From Lama guanicoe (Eukaryota), in NCBI GenBank assembly GCA_013239625.1, contig MU053561.1:2620283-2684282 (forward strand): a stretch of DNA of 64,000 nucleotides. The letters run 5' to 3'. A program made the translations under genes and the position numbers. A model generated the notes under the pieces. The model ran no database searches. It was given only the letters and a program-made list of their open reading frames with translations, and had not been told where the DNA came from. Positions 39,290 through 51,050 of this stretch are shown one piece after another. Position 1 is the stretch's first letter, and each line of letters starts with the position of its first letter.

Positions 39290-39800
39290 TGCTTGCTATA
39301 TGCCAGGCACTGTTTTGAGTGGTTTATAAATTTAATCTTCAAAACAACCCTACAAACTCACAAAGAAAACAAACTTATGGTTACCAAAGGGGAAAAAGGG
39401 AGAGGAATAAAATCAGGAATTTGGGATTAATAGATATATACTACTATATATAAAATAGATAAACAACAAGGAACCCACTGTGTAGCACAGGGAACTATAT
39501 TCAATATCTTGTAATAACCTGTAATGGAAAAGAATCTGAAAAAAATATATATATGAAACTGAATCTCTATGCTGTATACTTGAAGTACTAGAAATCAACT
39601 ATACTTCAATTAAAAATGATAAATTTGAATTAAAAAACCCTACGAGGTAGTACCATTATTATCTCTATTTTACTGATAAGGAAACTGAAGTCCAGAGAAG
39701 TTAAGGAGCTTGCCCAAGGTCAAGGTCACACAGCTAATATGTGGCAGAGCTAGGATTCAAATCCCAGCTGTCTGCCTTCAGGGACTCTGCTCCTAAGTGT
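39290..39800 (-). mobile_element. MIR SINE interrupted by an L1 3' end
   Basis: gccaggcactg...acaaccctac | insert | gaggtagtaccattattatctctattttactgataaggaaactgaag...cttgcccaaggtc. Confidence 0.85.
39354..39635 (+). mobile_element. Short L1 3'UTR insertion
   Basis: aacaaacttatggttaccaaagggg...tagcacagggaactatattcaatatcttg...aaatcaactatacttcaattaaaa; TSD aaccctac (39346-39353, 39636-39643). Confidence 0.88.
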
Positions 39801-41411
39801 TACACTATCATCTCATACACTACCATTTGAAAACAAGTCTGCTGAACGTCACAAAACTAAAATCATCCTTTCTCCATATGCATGATAGGACTTGGGTGAG
39901 TTTCAGAGAAAAGACGGCTCAGCTCTGACCAGTACATATTCTCAGCTGGGGGCTAAGAGCTGGAGGGTAGGAAGTGAGGAACCATCTTCTGGGTAAAAGA
40001 GGAAGGCGGGAACCCTAGAGAAGGACTGGGAAAGTGAAACCAGACAATATGCTTAATGAGCCAAGTCTTCAAAATGCAATGCCCTCAGAGCATCATTTAT
40101 TCCATTCGACAAACCCACCTTAATTAAAGCCAAGTATAAAGCATATATTCTGAAACCAACACACAATGATTTCTGGATTAGCCATGCCACTGCCCTCTCA
40201 CTCGTGTGGATAATTAAAAGCAGGCTATATTTAGATGAAGCACTGAAGGGTTCAGTGTCACGGTCTCGAGGCAGATCTGGTTTCAGCATTCACCTGTCAA
40301 AGCTTTTTACACAGAAACATTTTACTTTATTTGGGGTATTTTTGAAAAGAAGTTGAACATCTGTAATCAGAGTAGAAAAATATCCCACATGTGGTAATGC
40401 TCTGGGAACAACTGCTTAGATGAGAAACAGCCAACACCTCCCAGGGGTTTCAAGTGGACAGACAGCCCTGTCCTGGGCTTCCAGCAAGAGTCGTTCAGCA
40501 TCAGCTGTGGTCCTGGGTCAGCTCAGCGACAAAGGCTAGCACTCAGTTCAGAAAAGACCCAACCCCAAAGGCCAGGCCCTCTGGAGTAAATGGCTTTCCT
40601 ATGAATAGTTCCAAAGCTTGACGATGTTTTAAACAAGTGTTTCTGGCCACGTTCAAGATCCACCTTCATGAAGACAGAAAATAAGGTGGGCATAGCTTAG
40701 AAAAAGGAATTTATAGTCTAATTTCTCACCTCCACCCATCTTCCAAATTCCTCCTCTTCTTTCAACCCCTTTCAAAGGGCCAAGAGTAACATGAGGACAT
40801 CTTTTGGGAGGAGTCAGTATGGAAACTGCTGACCAGCACCTGCGCTGTGGTAGGAATCACTCCATGTACTAACCTCGGTCAGAGACCCTAGAATACTGCT
40901 GGAAACCCTCTATGCCTTCCATCACTGCTGGAGGGAAAAGAAGGCTCAGAAGGGAGCCGGCTGAGGCAAAAAGTGAGCAGTATGCAGCTGTGGACCGTAT
41001 GCATGGACAAAGCGGGTTCTTGGGTTTAGAAATACTGGCAGAAATGTCCCTTTAACAGTATAGTTCACTTTCTAATTTCTTCTCTGCAAGTGGCTAAATA
41101 TCTTGCCACATCACTGTTGCCACATGTTCTATGGGATTAGGGGGTTCACTGCTGGGACACGATGGGGCATGCTGAAGGGAAAAAAAGAACCAGTTCTCAG
41201 AACTCATAATGTAAGAGAGGACCTCAGACAAAGCTGCAGTGGGGCAGGCTTTCTGCCATTGGATATAACTGAATCCATAAACTAGACACCAGGAGCTACA
41301 TCAGCCAGGCCACTCCTAACATTGGAGGGGAGGAATACTGCCACCTAGGTGACACAGCCCCACCATTTATCTTAACAATGGGATAAGAGTATTTAAGAAG
41401 CTAGCTACGGA

Positions 41412-41948
41412 CAATGTTCACAGCGGCATTATTTACAATAGCCAAGATACAGAAGCAACCTAAGTGCCTATCAACAGAAGAATGAACAAAGATGTGGTGG
41501 TTATATATATACACATAATGGATTATTCTTCAGCCATTAAAAAAAAAAAAAGAAATTTAGCCATTTGCAACAACATGGATGGACCTGGAGGGTATTACAC
41601 TCAGTGAAGTAAATCTGACAGAGAAAGACAAATACTGTATGTCCTCACTTATATGTGGAATCTAAAAAAATAAAACAAACAAATCAATAGAACAGAACAG
41701 AAACAGACTCACTACTAGATAACAAACTAGTAGTTACCAGTGGGGAGAAGGGGAGAAGGAGCAAGATAGAGGAAAAGGATTAAGAGGTACAAACTATACT
41801 AAACATAAAATAAGTAAGATACAAGAATGTAATATACAGCACAAGAAATAGAGCCAATATTTTATAATCACTTTAAATGGAGTATAATCTATAATACTAT
41901 TGAACCAATATTGTAAATCAACTATACTTCAATCTAAAAAAAAACAAC
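41412..41948 (+). mobile_element. 5'-truncated L1 3' end (L1MA-like)
   Basis: caatgttcacagcggcattatttacaatagccaagata...ttgtaaatcaactatacttcaatctaaaaaaaaa; 17-bp imperfect TSD aagaagctagctacgga/aagaggttagctatgga. Confidence 0.9.
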
Positions 41949-42006
41949 AAGAGGTTAGCTATGGAGAGTGCAGGTGTTGACAGTGAGAAAGACTATCACT
42001 CTAGTG

Positions 42007-42488
42007 TGGTGGTTCTTAACCTGGGGTCCACAAAAGGAATTTGAAGAGTCTATGACATGGATGGGGATAAAAATTCTTAGTTTTACTAACTTCTACCTGA
42101 GATATAGCATCTCCTCTTGTTATGAAACTAAGCAACAAACCAGTGCAGTATTATTTTTGCTCCCAATAGAAATCACAGACATTTTCACATCACATTAAAA
42201 TTGTTGCAGACATCTTAAAGTATCATTTACATTCACCACTACTTAGAAATTACAGTAGTTGTTAGGGCTACCATTATATCTTATTATTTAATGCATTAAT
42301 AAAACACTATATACTATATAACAATTTGTCCTAAGAATACTTTGATTACTCTTTCAATGCAATTGTTTTCCTTTGTCATCCTTTGTATATATTTTATGAA
42401 TTAAAACACATTAACTCAGAGAAGGGGTCTGTGAGCTTCAAAGGACTCTCAAAAAAGCCCATGGCACAAAAGGTTATAAACCTCCAGC
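42007..42488. mobile_element. hAT-Charlie-like non-autonomous DNA transposon
   Basis: Imperfect terminal inverted repeats gtggttcttaacct...aggttataaacctc with an AT-rich interior. Confidence 0.6.
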
Positions 42489-44039
42489 CTTGGGTGAGAG
42501 TCAGGTGCTACTGCCTGCCTAATAAGCTTAGAGTGTTCAAGTCTTAGAACAACACTACGAGTTTTGTGGCTTATTTGAAATTTAAAAAAATACCTTTACA
42601 ATGGAAATTCTTGCATAAAAAGATAATTTGCTGCCAATCTGAAATTCTTAATCCTTCCGTCCCATAAAATAGTTGTTTGATGCAAGCTAAATATCTGAGG
42701 TTTCCTAGGTCAGATTCTAAGCTGATCGTTTCTGAAAAGGCAGGTGACCTGAGTCCATCCGGAAAGTGATTTCTGCAGCCAGGAGAACCAAGACTGAGTG
42801 TGACTGGCAGCCCCTCTTGTCGGCAAGGGCGCCTTGACCTCACTGATGGCCACAGTCACTTAAGATCATCAGCCCTGCTTTCACCAAGTCCAGCTCCCGT
42901 GTTGCGGTGCAAATGCAGAGTAAAGCGCTCGGAACAACGCAGCTTACAGAGGAAAAGCACTCCCCGTGTGTACTGTTTCCTGCTTTGCTTCCCATCTCAG
43001 CAACAGAGTGGTCATGCACCCTCGTTTATAGTCAGGAAATGAGTCCACCCAAGGTCTTCCCAGTTTACAAAACAGGAGGCAGAAGCAACGGCAGCAGAGT
43101 ACTCTGAGATCTGAAGATGTCAGACTCCCAGAAAGTCCACCCATCCATCCACAGCAGTGACATCACCAGAGATGGTCTCTTTACACTTTGTCTCTGCCAA
43201 AGCCAGAAGCTCCAGGAGGTCTGGGAACGATCCTCAAGCACCCCTGACCCCAGAGCCCAGCACACAGTAGGTTCCCACTGACGCTAACTGGACATGGAGT
43301 CAACAATGGCCTGTTTTTCTTTTATATTTATGACTTTTCTAAAATGTATTTGGTATTTTCTTAGTTCTTTCTCCAGTAGGAATAAGAAGGTTTTTGTTTG
43401 TTTGTTACTTTTGAAAAGGCTGGTTCGCTGATGACGACAATTTCTTGCATAGACCCCAGGGCTGGATGCTTCTGGGGTATGGGTCATATAGGAAATAAGA
43501 AGAGGCCCAGCCCTAGAGAATCCCTCCTGTACAAGGGGATGTGACATCTGAGGGGACCTGGAAGGCAACCCTAGAGGACCCAAGTCAGACAAGAGGTTTT
43601 GGGGTGAGCCAGACACATCCCCAAGTGCTGCAGGGAAAGGCAATCCACAACCTCAGGAAACACCAAACAAGATGAAGCCAAGGGAGCAGGTGGGGGCACC
43701 CCAAAGCCCCTTTGAACACCAGGCTGGACCTCATCCTGGCACTTAAAGGGACTGAATCTTTCAGTCACAAAACTTTCTTAGTATCTTATGTATCAGCAGC
43801 TTCCTATGGGTGTGAATCCAGATGAAAAGCAGCTGCAAAGCAAAACTACTATTTGGCACAAAACTGATGCATCCTTCCTAGACCCTCCACACCACCCTAC
43901 TCCCTCACCAGTCAAAGCAAGGCCTCCCAGGAGGAGCAGAAATCTTGTCAGAAAAGGATGAGGCACCCGCCTACTTCTCTACACCGCATCGGTCAGAAAA
44001 TAAGATGCAGTCCAAAAGATCCAATTTCCAAAACCTCAC

Positions 44040-44453
44040 CTGTCGGCTGGATCACCACAGTGGCCACATCCACAGCTTTTTCTTGAATTTCTTGCCAGTT
44101 ACCCTGCTCTCCGATCCACTCGCTGACGATGCACCGGTAGGAGCCCTGGTCGGAGGACAGGGCCCGGGACACGGAGAGGCGGTAGCCGTCGCTGCCCTCG
44201 GTGTCCAGGCGCACGTCCCCGCCGCGGTAGCGCTGCTCGTAGCCGGGGCCGGGCCGGAACCTGCCCTCGTGGGTCAGGGAGAGGATGCTCCGCCGGGCGG
44301 GGCCGCGCCGCACCTCCCACAGCAGCGCCAGGTGCGTGTGCAGCGGCGACGTGGTGGAGGCCGAGCAGCGCAGCTCGAAGGGCTCGCCCTCGCGCAGGCT
44401 GGGGCCCGGGGAGGGCTGCGGGCTGGCGGCCACGCGCAGGGCATCCGGCAGCA
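44040..44453 (-). CDS. PTGFRN: PTGFRN exon 3 (414 nt): Ig domain 2 containing the EWI motif
   Basis: Acceptor cctgcag|TG, donor CAG|gtgag. Translates (V)LPDALRV...EGEPFELRC...DQGSYRCIVSEWIGEQGNWQEIQEKAVDVATVVIQPT. Confidence 0.97.
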
Positions 44454-46299
44454 CTGCAGGGAGAAGCGGAGCCATCAGCACACCGCCGCCCGCCACTGGG
44501 CACGTGCCTGCCCCGCCCCCCTCCACCCGGGCCTCCAGGACAATTTCCTCCTCCCCTCTCCTGTTCTAATGCCCAGATGGGCCGTTTTGCTTCACCTATG
44601 ACCTCAACTGACTTTCTGACTTGAAATTTTAAAAAGAGGCACTTATTAAGAAGACCCCCTGCTAGAACTGGGTGGTATAAAGTCCCTTTGGGGAACTCTG
44701 CCTTGGGCGACACACCTCTGCTGCCCTCAGGCACGTCACTTTACTCCTCTGTGCTTCAGCTTCCTCATCTCTGAAAAGGGATGGCAACTGGACCTACCTC
44801 AGGGAGCCGACTGACAGGTCTACCAGTTACAAGGGAAGGTGCCTGGGACAGTGCTTGGCACTCAGCAATCACCATCAAATAACGGGCCATGACTGTCAAA
44901 CACTCCTTTCCTAGGTCACAGGCTGGAGTAGGGAGCCTGGGGAATCTTCGAGGAGTTAAAGCAGCACGATCTGCAGGCCACAAAAGCACAGGAGAGCTGG
45001 CTGTGTGCCTTGAGGACTGGGGAATGCCCGAGAATGACTAGGGTGAGCAGAGGGTCTCTGTTTGCAGGTTAGGAACCCGACAAGGAGAGCCGAAGCCTCG
45101 GCTGTTTACTCCATTAGAGCCCACAGGGAAAAGGCTGGGCTCCTCTAGAGCCTAGAAAAAGGGGCCCAGAGATCAGAGAAGCGTTGGCGAGTGCTACTGA
45201 GGAAGGGAAGCCATACATGATGTAACCAGTGAGGAAGGCTCTACCAAGGGCAGGGACAGTCTCCCAGGCTCGCCTGTGGTCTGGATGGGAGAATCCCCCA
45301 ACACCACCGGTCATCACCTCCTTGGTTATTCCTGCCATTCCATGCTCGGAAGTGAATCCAGTGCCCTTGAGAAGGGATTATTCTAGAAAAAACTGCTACA
45401 TCTTTAGAAGGACACATCCCAATGACCCATCTCACCTGCAAATGAATATGATGAACTTTGAGTATATACATCAGTTTGTGAGTCCAGCTAATGTGACTCG
45501 GTTCCCAAGACCCAGTTATCTGCCAGGGCATGGATAAGCTGAAGGCCAGAGAGACCCCAGACCATGCATGACGGCCACCAGAGACTCCACCTGGGCCAGT
45601 CTCTTTTGTGGCCATCCGTTTGTTTCCCTAACCGAAGGAAAGCCTCTCCTTGCTCCTGCCTTCCAAAGACTGGAGAAGAAACAGAAAGATACTTGGGGGG
45701 TGGGGGGAGGTTTCCTCCTTCTGCCTGCAACTCCTCAAGATGAGAGGAGGGAGACACAGGGAGACAAGGGTGCAACTGACCTAACGGAGGTGCAGCATGT
45801 GTGTGATGACTACAGACACAATAGGTTATTTAACTCCCATGCAAGAATGTCTTCTGGGACTTTTTCTAAAAAACATATTTGGATTTTCTATAGGAATGAG
45901 AAGAGAGAACAGAAGAGGTAGGTTTGACGTTTTAATACCTGCATAATGGACATGGTGTTTTATCCCCTCGTTAAGTCTAATGAGGGAATAGTTTCTGAGA
46001 CACGGTAGGGGTCTACAAATCATTACAGAGGGAATGCGTGCCTGAATCAACACCCCTTTTTATATCATCATATACATCTTTTTCTTTCTCAATCATTAAA
46101 TGCACTACTACTCTGACTTAATTCTTTTTGGAACAAGGCAGGATACAAATAAATGCATAATTAAGTAATAATGTTTCTATTCTGCTAGCCCCAAATTAAG
46201 ATTGTTTGTTCTTGCTCATTTACTAATTAGCTGTGTGATTTTAGGCAAGTCATTAACCTATGCTTTTCCATTTCCTCATGTGTAAATTAGGGAAATATC

Positions 46300-46533
46300 C
46301 TGTCCTGTCTCCTTTGGCTTCAGAGAATTGAATGTGTGAGTAAATCAGATAGGATTTGAAAAATGCAAAAAAAAAACCAACCAAACAATAAAAATGAAAC
46401 ATTCCAGCCATATAAACTGTCCTGTCTCCTTTGGCTTCAGAGAATTGAATGTGTGAGTAAATCAGATAGGATTTGAAAAATGCAAAAAAAAAACCAACCA
46501 ACCAATCAACCTGAAACATTCCAGCCATATAAG
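46300..46533. repeat. 117-bp tandem duplication (2 copies)
   Basis: Unit starting ctgtcctgtctcctttggcttcagagaattg at 46300 and again at 46417; 4 clustered mismatches. Confidence 0.95.
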
Positions 46534-47144
46534 ATGTGATTACTTGCACAGCCAGGCCAATGAGCTTGCGGTGACCGTATCTGTCTTTATCTATGACCCA
46601 TACAACTTCTAGAACAAACAGGTACTTAAATCATGAAGGGCACAAAGACAGACATGAGCTTTGAAGCATCTGTTATTCCCATAAAACTGTGCAGTGTCAT
46701 CATGACCAACACCTTCTTGTCCCTAACCTTATAAAGTCCTTACTGTGGCACTGCCCTGAGGCTTCACAGGTGCTGACTTGCCATGTCCTTGTGACCTTTA
46801 CGGGAGGCACTGTTTCCCAGAGAAGGAACGTGAGGCAGGTGACATACCCTCGGCCACAGAGCTGACAGAACAATGGGACTGAGTGCAGGTAACCTGGCTC
46901 AGAGCTGAACTCTCCACCACACACCAGGCTGCCTCCAAGTCACCAGCCACAGGATGGTTCAGAATAATAATGGAGTGAAGAGAAAGGGTCCTCAGAGGCC
47001 ACCTGGCCCATCCTCTGCCTTTAATCTGGTAAGATACTATTTCTCCGTTGGACAGAGGAGTTAAGTTTCCTGACATGGTCACCCACAGCCAAGTGACAGA
47101 GGAAAGTCTGGTCCCGGGGCACAGCAACCCCCGTGAGGATGTAC

Positions 47145-47513
47145 CTTTAACCTGCACTGTATCCTCATAGTTGCCCTGGACGGTGGCGTCCGTGCTGGGA
47201 GTGGAACACTTGTAGTGGCCTTGGTCGGAGGGCTGGACGTTCTTTATGTGCAGCTCCACGGCGTCGTTGGCTGTCCGCCGCAGCAGGATGTCGCCCCTCT
47301 GCAGGCGCTCACGGTACTGCTGGGCGGGGAAGCCCACCTCCCAGGTGCTGGCGAGCTCCACGAAGCTGCTCCCCAAGGCCGAGAAGCTCCAGTCGAAGTT
47401 TTGCTCGCTGGGGCCGTCGTAGTCGCTGACGTTGCAGGGGATGACCAGCTCGGTGCCCACCACCCGCACCAGGCTCCCCGCGGGGACTCTCACCACGCGC
47501 CCTCGACAAAGAG
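47145..47513 (-). CDS. PTGFRN: PTGFRN exon 2 (369 nt): end of signal peptide plus Ig V-like domain 1
   Basis: Acceptor tttgcag|CT, donor AAG|gtac. Translates (A)LCRGRVVRVPAGSLVRVVGTELVIPCNVSDYDGPSEQNFDWSF...DQGHYKC...EDTVQVK, recognised as PTGFRN; the EQNFDW motif is typical of the EWI family. Confidence 0.97.
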
Positions 47514-48688
47514 CTGCAAAGGCAAGAGGCAAAAGGTCGGTCTTGAATTGTGGAAAGTCTTTCCAGTACAAATGTGGCAAAACTGTGGGCACTCCTGCTC
47601 CCAGGTACGTGGCGGAAATTGACCTGCCCGCCTGGGAAAATATGACATCAACTGGCGATGAAAGGCAGAGGACGGGCTAGGTGACATGGACTTAGCCACC
47701 ACTAAGACCCCAAGCCAGCAATAGCCCTGGCAGTGAGTACCTCTCATGCAACAGTCTCCTAGGACCGACAGGGAGGAAGAGAAGTACTGAAAGTAGGCTA
47801 ACCATAAACTTGAAGAGCTTTCTCCCTCCTGTTACTATTTAACCTACTGCGATCACTCAACTGGGATGTAGAAATATTTTAGGTTTTGTGTGAAAGAAAA
47901 GGACACAGCTAATCAAGTATTTACATTTCTGCCCACCCTGTATCAACCCTCATCCCTAAAGACCAATCCCTGGGGCTCCTGAGACCTGATTTACAATGAC
48001 GGATGCCAATTTTTAAATCCTAGAGCAGCCTGCTGATAAAATGATTTAACTCTGGTTATCTGACATTGCCTATAAATTAATTTTAAAATATGATGACTCT
48101 ACCAAGTATTAATTTTCTATTTTCTGGCTCATTTCCTTCTCTCTACTACTCACCCTGATCTAAATTCAGAATGAGGATAGGGACGCACAAAGGGAGAGAG
48201 GGCCTCGTCTGGTGGTTGCTGGGCGTTCCTAGGAATGCAGCGGTTTACGCTTATGGGGGATGAGCCTAGGGGATAATCCAAGAGTTCACTGGCATTCCCT
48301 GCCCGGAGAACACAGGCCTCTGCGAGGGCCTGCCATCTGTGTGTCCTTTGAGGTGGCTTCTTTGCAATGAGCTTCAGCATGATTTTATAGTGCATTTACT
48401 ACCTGTGTTAGCATTTTAATTCAGACACCTGCCTGGCTCTTGCCTGAGGTTCTATGAATAGGTACAGCATTGAGATATATAGCAGAAAGTCTGGGCTCTG
48501 AAATCAAGGAGACCTTAGTTTAAATTGGAAAGGCCTCTCTTAGCTTTGGCTTCCTCAACTATAAAATGGGGCAAGAAGAATTCACTGAGTTAATGAAATA
48601 AAATGCCTAGCTGAAAATCTGTCATGTAGTAAGACCTCAATAAAATGGAATTTCTATTATTTATTTCCAACTTTGTGTTTTTGTCATT

Positions 48689-48970
48689 TGTGATGGGTTG
48701 AATTGTGTCTCCCTACCACTCTCCCCCTCCAAACCATTCATATGTTTAAGTCCTAGCCCCCATTGCCTTAGAATGAGAACTTATTAGGCAGTAGGGCTGC
48801 TGCGGATGTAAAGAGCTAAATCATGACAAGGTCAAAGGGTGGGCACCTACTCCAATGACTGGTATCCTTAAATGGGGGGAAATCTGGACATAGACATGCA
48901 CACAAGGAGAGTGTCATGTGAAGATAAAGGCAGAAATTTGGGTGATAACGTCTACAAGCCAAGGAGTGCC
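48689..48970 (+). mobile_element. MaLR LTR 5' part (MLT1/MST-like)
   Basis: tgtgatgggttgaattgtgtctccc...ttcatatgtttaagtcctagcccc...ccaatgactggtatcctt...tctacaagccaagga. Confidence 0.8.
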
Positions 48971-49280
48971 CTGCACCCCCCGTCCCAGGGATGGACACTG
49001 GGGCTAAAACTAGGCTAACGGAGTCCTCCTGGCTCATTCTGGCTGAAGCTGCTCAGGAAAACACTTTCACTGCCTTTGGAGTCAGTGTACAGTAGTGATG
49101 GTTTGCTTTGAAGCTACATGTGGGCAGCCCTCCTGGCTAGGTGAGGAAGCCAGCTATAGCAGAAGTGACCCAGGCCAACACCTGGACCAGAGAGGTGGAG
49201 AGAATGTGCCCTTGTGACCAGATGGCATCATCTGAGCCACTAGATCTGGCCAGACCTTCTAAGTCATTCCACATGCACTA

Positions 49281-49281
<1 letters not shown>

Positions 49282-49316
<35 letters not shown>
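49282..49316. repeat. (CA)n microsatellite
   Basis: Uninterrupted AC run of about 17 units. Confidence 0.95.
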
Positions 49317-49317
<1 letters not shown>

Positions 49318-49839
49318 ACAAACCCACAGACACACACTTCTTCCCCTGGACATTTCAATTCCCAGCAATTCCACTCACAGTCACTTATGTTCCTTAAGCT
49401 AATTTCTGTCACTGACAACTCAGGGCGTTGGAATAACACATGCCTGTCCGGCAGTGAGGTCATCATCACCACAGTTCACAAAGGAAGTAGGCCATCTTTT
49501 TCACATTTCATTTCAGAGATGACCAGATAATTCTGACGCCCCCAGGGAGACCCTTCAGAAGGAAGCATCATGGCAGAGACCCTTAAGAGGGAGTAGAGCT
49601 TAATGCTTAACCTCCTTGTGCCCAGTTTCCTCATCTATGAAATGGAGACACAAACCCTTAGGGTTGTGTAAGGATTAACTGAGAGCACTCACGACAGTGC
49701 CCTGCATGCAAAAATGGTCTGTGCATATCTGCTTTGCAGGCTGCCTCTAGAATCCACCCGATCACAGTCATTCACTTTGCTTCCTTGGGGAGGTTTACAG
49801 AGGAATTTCCTAATGCATAAATCAACACAGCCAAGCCAT

Positions 49840-50420
49840 CTTTTAAAAACTTAAGTTGTGTTACATCATTACTCTGCTCACAGCTTTCCAATCACTCCCC
49901 CTGTCACTCAGGTAAAAGCCAAATCCTCATCAGCACCTCCCAGGATCGGTCCCCTATGCTTCTCCAACCCCATGCTCCTCCCAGCCATGCTTTCTTCCTA
50001 AGACTCTGGAGCAAACCAGCCCTGCTCCAACCTTGGGGCTTCTGCACACTTCCTCGTTCTGGAGCCCTCAGGGACGTTCACCCTGCTGGCTCCATCACCA
50101 GCCTCACATCTTTATGTCCATGTCACCTTCTCAGTCAGGCCTTTCCCGATCACCTTAAAACTGCACGCCTCCACTCTCATTCGTGCTCCTGCCTAATTTT
50201 CTTCTTCTCATTTATCACTAATATTCTTTATGCATATTTATATATTTTTACTATTATTTATTATCTGTCTCCTCCCACTCCTCCCACTAGAATGTAAGGG
50301 TTCTAGGAACAGTGATTTTCAGCTGTGTTACTCGCTGCTGAATGCCAGTGCCTAGAACTGGGTCTGCTACACAGCAGTTGTTCCATAAATATTTGCTAAA
50401 CGAGTGAATGAATAAAAGAC
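49840..50420 (+). mobile_element. L2 3' end
   Basis: actctgctcacagctttccaatcactccc...tctcagtcaggcctttcc...ccagtgcctagaac...ataaatatttgctaaacgagtgaatgaat. Confidence 0.8.
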
Positions 50421-50664
50421 ATACAAGATCCTTCATGGTCTGGTCCATGGCTACCGTTCCAGCTTCGTCAGCTACTAGGCTCCCAGCTGTTAACACTTTC
50501 ACTCCAAATGTAAGCAGCTCTCTTGCCTCCTCTGTTTGCTTTTCTCTGTCTTCCTCACATCTTAATCATAGAGATAGGATCACTAGGCAACACTTAACGT
50601 AACTCCTGATTTTTGCTTTTCTGAATGTACACAATGCCCTGCCTAACCTGTTGATTCCCTTCCT

Positions 50665-51050
50665 GGATTAGAAGGAGTAAGAATAAAGAATTACGTAGTT
50701 AAAGAATGACTGCCTCTCTACCCTTAGCTTCCCCCTTAGCCAATCTGCAGGCGGGCCACGAGGGCAAGACAGCATCCAAAGGAAGATGAGAAGTCAGCAG
50801 GTCTGCACGCAATGGAGAAACGATGAAGAATTTGACCTCCTACCCTGATGACTAACTGAGATTGTCTCCCCCTTTTTCCCTTTAAAAATTATCACGATTG
50901 AGCAGAACTTCAGAGCTGATCTCTAGACATGAGTCTACTTTCTTCCCAGATTGCTGGCTTTTCTGAACGCGATCTTTTCTTTCCATTGACACTTGCCTCT
51001 CAAATTATTAGCTTTGGAGTGGCGAGCAGCCAAATTTGACTTCGGCAGCA
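50665..51050 (+). mobile_element. ERV-type solo LTR
   Basis: ccaatc box, ccctttaaaaa TATA-like motif, and a U5-like end cacttgcctctc...gcgagcagccaaatttgacttcggcagca; boundaries approximate. Confidence 0.55.

Noticed and set aside
43945..44734. 218-aa antisense ORF and 211-aa alternative-frame ORF over exon 3
   Set aside because: Stop-poor GC-rich shadow frames of a real exon; low-complexity products and non-ATG starts.
46798..47592. 264-aa ORF as a standalone gene (likewise 38647-39174 and 9569-10084)
   Set aside because: Each is a PTGFRN exon extended into intron sequence past clear splice sites.
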